Assembly: GCA_002269645.1 (NCBI GenBank)
Contig: NIVC01001901.1
Coordinates: 62,001-126,000 of the forward strand
Source: Macrostomum lignano
Lineage: Eukaryota
Length of the DNA: 64,000 bases
Direction: 5' to 3'
Below, in pieces: positions 9,649-19,771 of the stretch. A program made the translations under genes and the position numbers. Numbering within the stretch: position 1 is the stretch's first letter; every line of letters begins with the position of its first letter. The notes beneath the pieces are model-generated. The model searched no databases, had not been told where the DNA came from, and saw only the letters and a program-made list of their open reading frames with translations.

Positions 9649-12600
9649 ATGCAATCCCGAGGCAACTTCTTAATCGACGGCGAATGTTACGACGACGACG
9701 ATGACGACTATGACGATGAAGATGACTACGACGACGACGATGATGACGCAATCATTGACCCGTCTGCTGGCGTCGAGGCTGGACAGCGGCGTCGGCTGCA
9801 GCAACGATTCCGGGCTTCGCTGCCGCATCCTGGCGAGGCGACGGCGGCAGCAGCAATGACGGTCGGCAGTAGCGGCTGGGGCCAGCGGCAGCCGCAGCAG
9901 CGAAGTTCCCTGGCTCAGCTGCAGCTCCAAGAGGCCATCAGTAGCCGTCAGCTTGGCCAGAAGCTGGACGAACTGCTTGACCGTCTGGCTTCGACGGCTG
10001 ACTTTGACATCAATGCGCCGTTGAAGAACGGCTGGACGCCTCTAATGCTGGCTGCCGAACGGTGCAACATCGAGATGGTCGCCGCCTTGATTGACAAGGG
10101 TGCACGCGCTGACCGTGTCTCCGCCGACGGCACCACCAGCCTAATGGCCGCCTGCGGCAGCGGCAGTCGGCACAGCGACGAATCTGCGGTTCTAGAAATG
10201 ATTCAATTGCTGATGGACTGCGGAGCTAAGGAGACTATTAATACCGTGTCGGCTAGGTGAGTTCTCATTAGAGATTAGTGCCTTCACCTTTCTCCACTAG
10301 TTCAATAAATGTCGCTAATTTTTCACCAAGTTTAATAAGTGGATAATTCGTCATCAATCAGACAGGGCACGGCTCTGCACCTGGCTGCTCGATTCAATTA
10401 TCCTCGGGTTGTCGCTCGCCTCCTGGCCGATGGCGCCGGGGTCGATACGCTGTCGGCCGGATCGGACGGGCGCACACCGCTAATGGAAGCCGCTGCCAGA
10501 GGCAATCTCCGCTCCGTTGAGGCCCTGCTGTCCGGCGGCGCCAAGCCCGACCGTCGGGATCGTCGGGGCCACACAGCGGCTGAGTTAGCAGCCAACGCCG
10601 GCTATCCACGGGTGGCCCGCCTCATCGACAGTCCCGTAGGCGAGCTGACCGTCTCTCTGGCGGGCGACGGCGACGGCGAGGGATGTATCGGTGAAGTTGC
10701 CCCCAGCGTCGGCTCGACCAGCGCCGACGATGAATCCGCCAAACTGGACGACCTGTCCAGCTTTTTCTACGGCATCGGTGAGCAATCCTTTTATGGTCAT
10801 TCCATCCTAACCTAAAATCGGCCTCTCCTGACATCTCATGCCTTGACATCATCCTGTATTCACCGCCACCCTCTCCTGACACATTCCTGTCCTGTCGTGA
10901 CGTCACCCTCTCCTAATGTCACTGTCATGACGTCACCCTCTCCTAATGTCACTGTCATGACGTCACCCTCTCCTAATGTCACTGTCATGACGTCACCCTC
11001 TCCTAATGTCACTGTCATGACGTCACCCTATCCTAATGTCACTTTCATGACGTCACCCTCTCCTAATGTCACTGTCATGACGTCACCCTCTCCTAATGTC
11101 ACTGTCATGACATCACCCTCTCCTAATGTCACTGTCATGACGTCACCCGGTCATTTGCATTTGTGTATTTTAATCATGCTGCTTATTGGCGATAGATATA
11201 TGGAATAAATAAAAAAGGTATAAAAAGCGAAAGATAGACTGAATCGACAAACTCGGATACTTATTAATACAGTAAAATACTAACACGACTTAACGTCAGA
11301 TAAAACGGCAAGACATAACTTACGAACAAATGACTTACTGATCTATTATACCTTGACGCTTTTAAAAACCTCATTAAACAGGGTTCGAAACCCTGCACGG
11401 ACTCCAAACAACCTTATGAGCTTAGACTACTACATGTAGCATTGAGGTTTATACTAGTTCAATAGTAAACTTCAAATATCACTTTGTGAGTCTTCTTTGC
11501 CATGGTTTCTGGCCTTGCTGCAATCTTAACCATACCCAGTACGAAGACTGAGTGAAGTCTTTTCTTCACGTATTTTTTAAGACTTATGGACAATATTTTG
11601 GTCATTTACCTACTTCTCGGTCATTTTGGAAGTAAAGTACCCTTCACAAGTGCTCAACATAAAGAATCAAAGTAGAGGTGTGACGGTCAAGAATGAAGTG
11701 CTCATTATTAGTCCTACCTTGATAATAACACATAAAATACGCTGTCAGTCAGTTCTTAAAGAAAACAGCGTCTCAGAGTGCGCCTCGGGGTCAGGACCGA
11801 ACCAAATATGAGACGCCAGCGTCAGCCAGCAGGCAGTCAACGAAGCACCAAGTCCGCACCTTTACGACTTGGCACGGATGATGTGCTGGACCAGCTGGAG
11901 TTACCACAACGGTTCGTTTGGACAAACCAGGCCGACGCAGCGATACAGTGCCGCGTTTGTGACTTGCTCGTCGCCTATCTAGAAGGCAGCCGGCAGTGAG
12001 GTAGGTCCTCGGGCTGCAGGACCGGCCTCACAGAGCGAAAGGAAGCGCAGGCAGGCCCGCAGCGACGCCGCGAATCCTCGCACACGTCGGGAACCAGACC
12101 GCCAATGAAGTCAAACAGCTGACATCGCGGAAGCTCCGTCGCCTCAGAACTCTGTGCAAAACCGCAGTCTTGGCCATCCGAGTGTTTATCACGTTCCAGC
12201 CTCTACCGCAATTAACCGGTTCGATTCTAACTAAAATCCATCTACTCGTACATTTAGTACAATGCTACAATATTGTCTTCAAGCGGAACTTTTTAGAGCG
12301 ATATTTCTGCCACGAGAATACTGTTTTATACAGTACTCCAAATGCAACTCCAATTACTAAGCTTGACTACCAGTGGTACAAGGAATTGTTTAGAACAGTT
12401 TACAGTACCAAAGTTAATAAATTAAGCCGAATTGAAAATCCATACAAGTGTATAATTTAAAGCAAACTATTAGTCTTTGTTCGTGCTTTTGTCGCTTTTC
12501 GTATTTTTTCACGCCAGGAACTAACAAATAATATTGCAACCAGACCGTGTGGTGTGAGTCTCATCCGCTGCCAGGATTGTTAATACAAAGTATACTGAAA

Positions 12601-15261
12601 AGTTAGCAGATCAAAGTAACAAATAATGTTAGCGCAAATGCAAACCAACATTTGCTTCCAGGTGGCTAATCGTCACCTGGAAACTATAAAAATATATCAG
12701 CTGGTCTCAAGTAGGAACTCAACCTGACGCATTGGCACTAAACTCACATAATAATCTTCTCATTCAACTTTTTCCTCTCAAAACAAAAACTGATTGCGGC
12801 TCTGAACCAATAATCGATTGCTTTTCTCAAGCACGCAAGCCCTCACGACCTCCCACCGTCACGCCGAGTCCCCCGCTGCTCGAGCATCCGCCGGAGTGAC
12901 TCAAGCCTGGCTTGAGCAGCGGCACCGGAGCACAGTCTCCAGTCACCGGCCGCAACGTCTGCCTCCACCGGCACCACGTAGTACTTGCTTGAGCCCTTCT
13001 CCACCGCGAACTCGCGAGACAGATCCTCCGGCTGCAGCTGGCAGCCGAGCTTCTGCAGTCGGAGCACCTTCTCAACGCTGAGCCCTTCGAAGGCTACAGT
13101 CGAGTCGACGTCCAGAAAGGCCAGACCATCGCCGCTGTCCTTCTCCAGCAGCAGCAGGTCCTCGCCGCAGACACGGAAGAAATGCACGCACAGGTGCAGG
13201 CGCCGAACAGATTTTGCGCAGATCAGCTCAGCCTGTCTGGAGGCGTAGCGACGACGAACTGGATCGAACCACAGGAACCGAATGACATTAGACTGCTGTT
13301 GAGCTTCTTGACTGCGAACCTCTGGGCCTGGGTCCTTCCTATTAAATGATCCAATGGCAGGTTTGGTGTAGCTTTTTAGATTACCATTTTCAAAGCAGGT
13401 TTTTTGAACTGTGCTTTGAAAACTGCTCGGGTTTGATTCCAGTCAATACGAGCGTACACGGTGGATCATGAGTAGAACCGCATGTCCTGATGAGAAAGAA
13501 ACCACCGGTGATGTACAAGGCGGAGGATAATTCAACCCACGAGTCAAGACTGATAAATAGTCGTACCTTGAAAAAGAATTCTGTACTCTATAAAAACTGA
13601 AGATTGCAGCTAATGAGCTTTAAACATAAATACAGTTCGATTATCAACTATATTTCAATAGTGAGCCCTGTTAATTGCATGTGACCGATGGGGTTAGCCA
13701 TTCTGAAAAGTTGATGTATTCTGCAACTGAGCTAGTTTCAAATGAACCATGAACAATTGTATGAACTGTCACTGTCATGGGACAGCACGCGGCTACAGCT
13801 AGAAGGAGAAGATGGCTGTTGGGCTATTTTGAAACTTCTTTGAACTGCATGCGCTACAAACTCTTCTTTAAAAAGATGAACTCTAAATTTTCTATGTATA
13901 ATTTTAAAAATACCTAGCTAAAGCCGTCTTCTTCTTCTGCTGCTGTTGTTGTTGTTGCTGCTCCTGCTGCTGCTGCTGCTTCTGTGTGGCGTTTCGACTC
14001 GCCAGCTGAGCATTAGCCTGCCTCATTGGCAGCGACTTCAACGTCTCCGAAGTTGTCGCCGCGTCGTCCATCTGGCAGGCACCCGCGGCGGCGGATTCTC
14101 CGTGGCATCGACAGACACAGCAGGGCGGAGTACCGGTTTCCACCGGCTTCATTGGAGGCGGCTGCTGCGTCAGCGAGTCCCCGCGGTTGCTGCTGTTGCA
14201 GGGAACTTGACGACGTCGTCTGCCTCCGGTGTTGGTCGCGGTGTCGGCGGCAGGTCCGTTCGCCACTTCGCTGCCGGACAGCAGAGTTGCCAGGCCGGCC
14301 AGCTGCTGGATTGTGCTGTCCAGCCGGTCCTTGAACTCCTTCAGGCTCTCCTCATTCTGTTCAGTGGTCAACTGAGTCCTGGTGGGCTCCCTCGAGCTGC
14401 TCATTGAGGTGTTCGTGGAGCTGGATTGCTGGCCATAGCTCATGGCCGACTTCACTTGCCGGTCTTTTTTCGTAGTGCCAGCTGTCTTGTGCATTCTTGG
14501 TTTCCTACAAAAAAACCGCCAAAATAAAGTTCAGATAGCCGCGCCTTTAAGTTTTATAGTTATTTCGTTAGTGTGTGACACTTCTAAAGATCTGGCTATG
14601 CAGTTTGGTGCATAGATATAAGGCAGTGACTACAATAAATGCCGCGCAAAAAATTGCTAGGTAATTTCAAAGTTTAAATGGCATCAAAAACTGACATAAA
14701 AAACTATTATAAGACATTTAGATTTAGGCAGACAGATTGAAACTCCCGATTTAGGGCGTATTCTAAGCGCACTCTTTAGGAAGTGGCTGAGTAGTTAGCT
14801 TATATGGTACTTGCTTATGCGTACTTAAAAGAGGATTGAAAGTAGTTGCCTAGTAGAATCACGGGATTTCAGAGAATATGGATCAAGAACTTTCAATCAT
14901 TAACAGAGACAATCTCATGAGATTCCTCTCTTTGTTTGATGCCACACCTTTGATATTGAAATCAGGCTAGTAGTTAACCCTAAAACTTCGCTCTGTTTTC
15001 TTTAGGCTATCCAGAAGTGGCAAACCAATTTCGCGCTCACTGTTTGACTTTTGTTGACCTGCTGACGACGACAGACTCGGCGCTTGAAAAAATCGGCGTC
15101 CGACAAGTCGGCGTTCGTCGGCGCATTTTGGAGGCCGTGCGGCAGCTGCACAGGCGGCCCTGGCGGGATTCCAGCATGCCGCAGCTGGCTACTGGGAGAC
15201 CGCCTGCCGCTGCTGACTATCTGGCGATACTGGCCAATCTGCACAGGTCTGTGTCTGTCTG

Positions 15262-15296
<35 letters not shown>

Positions 15297-15449
15297 GTCT
15301 GTCTGTCTGTGTCTGTCTGTCTGCCTGCCTGTCTGTCTGCTTGTCTGTCTGTCTGTTTGCCCGTCTGTCTGCCCGTCTGTCTGTCTGTCTGTCTGTCTGT
15401 CTGTGTCTGTCTGTCTGTCTGTCTGTCTTAGTGTCTGTCTGTCTGTCTG

Positions 15450-15494
<45 letters not shown>

Positions 15495-15684
15495 GTCTGT
15501 CTGTCTGTCTGCCCGTCTGTCTGTCTGTCTGTCTGTATGTCTGTCTGCCCGTCGTTCTGTCTGTCTGTCTGTGTCTGTCTGTCTGTCTGTCTATCTGTCT
15601 GTCTGCCCTTCTGTCTGTCTGTCTGCCTGTCTGTCTGCCCGTCTGTCTGTTTGTCTGTCTGTCAGAGTGTATGTCTGTCTGCCC

Positions 15685-15716
<32 letters not shown>

Positions 15717-16394
15717 GCCCGTCTGTCTGCCTGTCTGTCTGTCTGTCTGTCAGAGTGTATGTCTGTCTGCCCGTCTGTCTGTCTGCCTGTCTGTTTGCCC
15801 GCCTGTCTGCCCGTCTGTCTGTCTGTCTTTCTGTCTGTCTGCCCGTCTGTCTGTCTGCCCGTCTGTCTGTCTGCCCGTCTGTCTGTCTGTCTGTCTGTCA
15901 CAGCCCACCAACCAACCCAATCGCTGCCCGCCACCCCATCTAGGCACCTGGAGTTCATGAATGCCACGCTAAAATACCTGACCGACCACGCTGAAGCCGC
16001 GGCTGCTGACGCTGCCGCTGATGCCGCCGCGGCCAAAGCCTCTGTAGCTTCGGCTGGACAACCATCGGCAGCAGCCGCCGCCACCGCGGCTGTTGAGGCT
16101 GCGAGCTCCGGCGGCCCAGCCGACGGCCTTCGCAATCAGCGCGTGCTGGCCCGGGCCCGAAACTCCTGTCGGCTGGCCGCTGGCGAGTGCCGCCGACTGC
16201 TTGGCCGCCTGGAGACCGGCTTAGCAGCGCTGCAGCGCCTGCAGCCTGTTGAACGGCCAGACCGTCTGCCAGCGATCGGCGAGGCGGGCAGTAATAAATC
16301 TGCCAAGTGGAATTTTGCGGCTATCGGTGTCGGAGCCGCTGTGTGCGCCGCTGCGACTGTTGCTGGCTTCTTAGTGGCTGCGAAGCGGCGCTGA
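9649..16394 (+). CDS. ASZ1: ASZ1/GASZ (ankyrin repeats, SAM, coiled-coil, C-terminal membrane anchor), about 571 aa. Exons 9649-10256, 10362-10777, 15006-15246, 15944-16394
   Basis: ANK repeats ([27 protein letters not shown]). [12 protein letters not shown]|GYPEV matches the ASZ1 SAM start (DLEVFLHGIG type). SAM exon [35 protein letters not shown]. Hydrophobic tail ending in AAKRR. All three introns are GT-AG with matching phases (2,1,2). Confidence 0.9.
10898..11147. repeat. 30-bp minisatellite (TGACGTCACCCTCTCCTAATGTCACTGTCA) in ASZ1 intron 2
   Basis: About 8.3 units read directly. Confidence 0.95.
12843..14494 (-). CDS. Unassigned 2-exon gene (about 358 aa) nested antisense in ASZ1 intron 2. 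Exons 14494-13914 and 13338-12843
   Basis: ATG at 14494, 10 nt after acceptor TTTTTTTTGTAG. Donor AG|GTATTT at 13914/13913 and acceptor TTTAATAG|G at 13339/13338 join in phase 2 to give one open frame ending TGA at 12843. Exons are GC-rich with a poly-Q run, like the host genes. Confidence 0.75.
15247..15898. repeat. (TCTG)n microsatellite filling ASZ1 intron 3
   Basis: Starts at the donor GT of the intron. Confidence 0.95.
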
Positions 16395-16817
16395 TCGTTG
16401 GGAGTTTTGGTTGCACTGATCGAAGAACTTGTGTACGAAATTGAAGCTACTTTTAAGCTTAGCGATAGTATAAAGTTAGTTTAGTAATGCATGTTTGTTT
16501 GCTATTATGGTTACTCGTGTAATAACTGACTTAACTGGGCTCTTATTCATATTAGTCCTCATTAAACCAATAAAGTCTAGTATAATAACCCTTTCAATGC
16601 ATGCATTTGTGCTTGTACTCAAAAGCGCAGTTCCGGTGTTTTTTATTTATTAAAAGCCATTTGTTTTTTCTGTGTGCGCTATTTGTTTTTTTTCTAATTT
16701 CTTAAGTTTGAATGAAAATATAAAAATACTGCTGCAAAGTGCTTCAAGTTTGTAATGTACTCGTGACGTCTCTAATTTAACTCAATATGACTTCAGTTTA
16801 AGGCAAGATTTAGTTCC

Positions 16818-17354
16818 TGTTTCAGACAGGATTTAGGTACTGTTTCAGACAGGATTTAGGTACTGTTTCAGACAGGATTTAGGTACTGTTTCAGACAGGA
16901 TTTAGGTACTGTTTCAGACAGGATTTAGGTACTGTTTCAGACAGGATTTAGGTACTGTTTCAGACAGGATTTAGGTACTGTTTCAGACAGGATTTAGGTA
17001 CTGTTTCAGACAGGATTTAGGTACTGTTTCAGACAGGATTTAGGTACTGTTTCAGACAGGATTTAGGTACTGTTTCAGACAGGATTTAGGTACTGTTTCA
17101 GACAGGATTTAGGTACTGTTTCAGACAGGATTTAGGTACTGTTTCAGACAGGATTTAGGTACTGTTTCAGACAGGATTTAGGTACTGTTTCAGACAGGAT
17201 TTAGGTACTGTTTCAGACAGGATTTAGGTACTGTTTCAGACAGGATTTAGGTACTGTTTCAGACAGGATTTAGGTACTGTTTCAGACAAGATTTAGGTAC
17301 TGTTTCAGACAGGATTTAGGTACTATTTTAGACAGGATTTAGGTACTGTTTCAG
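16818..17354. repeat. 23-bp minisatellite (TACTGTTTCAGACAGGATTTAGG), about 23 nearly identical copies
   Basis: Read directly; lies between ASZ1 and the PRA1-family gene. Confidence 0.95.
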
Positions 17355-17656
17355 GTTGATATTCCGGCCGGTTTTATTGATATTTCAACTAACCTTTTTC
17401 AACTAACCTAAACTTTACCTAACCTAACCTAAACTATAGTAAAGTTTTTCATGCAGTTAATTGTTAAGTTCACCTGTACAAAACGACTAATTTTGATTGC
17501 TTGCTAATTAATTTTTGAATCGCTAGCATTATATAACTTTGAATTCTTTATAATTCTTGCTTTCTGGTCGCCACGAACGGCGATTGTCAGCCTAGACTGA
17601 AATACCAGCAACAGCCAGCAAGATTTACAGGCAATTCCTTGCTCACTCCCTCTAAT

Positions 17657-18208
17657 ATGCGCCTAGCCAAGCTTCGATCCCTAGATGAATTTCTCGGCCG
17701 CTCGTCGCGTTTCCAGCTGCCGGACCTGCAGCATCAGGAGCGCTGGAGCAACCGGGTGCAGCAAAACCTGCTGTACTATCAGACTAACTACATGGCCGTG
17801 TTCTGCCTCAGCTTCATCATCTTCCTACTGGTTGATCCGGCTAGCGTACTATGCGGATGCGGCATTGTCGGGGCCTGTCTGGCGGCCGGACTCTGGCTAG
17901 CAAATGGCGGCGCTGAACGGCGCCTACAATTTCGCGACGCCGTCTCGCGTCGGCCGGCGCTGACCGTCGCGCTTAGCCTGGCCTGCGCTCTGGTGCTGCT
18001 CTACTGCCTGCGCCCCGCTGCCATCTTCCTGCTGGCCGCCCTGCTGCCTCTGTTCGCCTGTCTGGTGCACGCCTCGCTCCGACTGCGCAGCGTGTCCAGC
18101 AAGGTGTCGCATAAGCTGCGCGGCCTTCGCTCTCCCGAAGATGTCACCCCGATGGAATTCGTGCTCGGCTGGCTGACGGCTGTAGAGGCCGAGGGGCTCG
18201 ATCTGTGA
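17657..18208 (+). CDS. ARL6IP5: Intronless PRA1-family protein (ARL6IP5/PRAF2-like), 183 aa
   Basis: MRLAKLRSLDEF...RWSNRVQQNLLYYQTNY, VHASLRLRS and TPMEFVL are PRA1/JWA hallmarks, with two long hydrophobic segments. True start taken as ATG 17657 rather than TTG 17639. Confidence 0.9.
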   Translation: MRLAKLRSLDEFLGRSSRFQLPDLQHQERWSNRVQQNLLYYQTNYMAVFCLSFIIFLLVDPASVLCGCGIVGACLAAGLWLANGGAERRLQFRDAVSRRPALTVALSLACALVLLYCLRPAAIFLLAALLPLFACLVHASLRLRSVSSKVSHKLRGLRSPEDVTPMEFVLGWLTAVEAEGLDL

Positions 18209-19771
18209 TTTAGTGACCAAGCACTAATTAGATATCGAGGTATTATCATAATCAAAACAACATTCAAATTTACTCTCCGCCCCCCCCCTTTTTCGTTTGA
18301 CGGTCCCGCGTAGTTTCTATAAGGTGGCTCGTAAGGTGGCTAATGCAGTAATGCAGCAAGACGCAATTTAAACCCGAGATTGGGCTTCAGATCCTGGTGT
18401 CCCGTTGAAAACGATACTGAGAAAAGAATCCCTCAGAGCCTCAGAATCGTTTCAGAGTCGCAGACAACAAAAGGCCTCGAATTGACTCTTAGGCGACTCT
18501 TTGACGAATTTTTGGCGACTTGTACACTTGTACCGTGGCATCTCGTCGTTTTAAAGTCGTCTAGAGTCTCTTCTTTCCTTTTTTACCTGTGTTACCTTCT
18601 TGGCCGGGGTGCCGTTGTCATAGGAGTGTCTCGTGGTTAAAACCAATCCAATTAAACCAGTTTTAGTGGTTGTATTAGAGACTTCATAGACCCTTACCTA
18701 GTTTTTTGTAACCTAACCTTTTCCCATTCGTCAATATGCTGAGTACTTTTTTTCTTTGTTTAATACTATAAGTATGCAGTCTACACATTAGAACATGTAT
18801 TTTAGCAGTACATTACACATATATCAAGTGAAAAAAATCTATTGTATGCGGACATTCTGTACAAAGTTATTATTATTGATTAGTATTTTTGATATTACAT
18901 TGATAGTTAGCTATTTCTGCACTGTTCGCGGTAAATATGTCAAAATGGTTGTTGTGTGCGCTAACTTAATTAAGTAATTTCAAAAGAGTTTGAATTGTTT
19001 TTAGTAGCCATTGTACGTTGCGCTGAAAGGTATTAGTTAGAAGATTATAATAATGTTGGCAGTTAGTAACTTGGCGTTGAGAGTATGCCGATGTTCGATA
19101 AGTACTTTCTTATATGTAAAGTGAGTGCACTGTGTACTTAAATGCACCTATTAAAGTAGACCGCAAAACTTAAAAGTATCATTTTTACTGCTGCTAGCTG
19201 AAATTTTATATTACTCTGTTTCTAATCAGATTAATTTGCTTGAAGAGAGCACGATTTTTTCTAATCCAGCTATGATGCTTCATTTGTCTTTATTACATTT
19301 ATCTGGATTTATAGTCATATACAGTCAATTGGCTGGCTTGTTTATCAACTTTTTCATTTATAATTAACATATAATTATATTTGTAAACTCAGCTTTAAGC
19401 TCTACAAGACTTAATTTCTTTTCATCTGATAATTCACAGTAATTTCAACTCTTGAAAGAAAGGCGTTTTCGATTCGTTCATTTCGTTAATTTTCTATCGA
19501 ACCGTGTGGAAGCTATGCACTTTAAAAATGCAGAGAAAAAGGCCTGATTATGAATTGTCTATGGCAGAGGGCAGAGAGCTCGCAGATGCCAGAACGATTT
19601 GCCTGCACACCGCTCAAGCCTTTCCTTTATTCTCTTAGTAACAGCTTGTGGAAATAAGACGCCTGAGTTTCATTGTCAAACAACTTCAATTGCCATCTCT
19701 TTAGTAAGCCTTGCAGCAGCTTTTTTGATCGATTTTGCATCACAACTTGTTGCACAAGTCCAAGCTCGAGC

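Noticed and set aside
11380-11400. B-box-like GGGTTCGAAACCC hairpin
   Set aside because: No upstream A box or tRNA structure.
18312-18329. AGTTTCTATAAGGTGGCT resembling AGTTTTCTATAAGGCGGTT at 56273
   Set aside because: The match is only about 18 bp and the flanks do not align, so it is insufficient to call an element.
19673-19771. TTG-initiated N-terminal extensions in the ORF track (19673, 17639, 29712)
   Set aside because: Eukaryotic context; downstream ATGs in good context or matching homolog starts are preferred.
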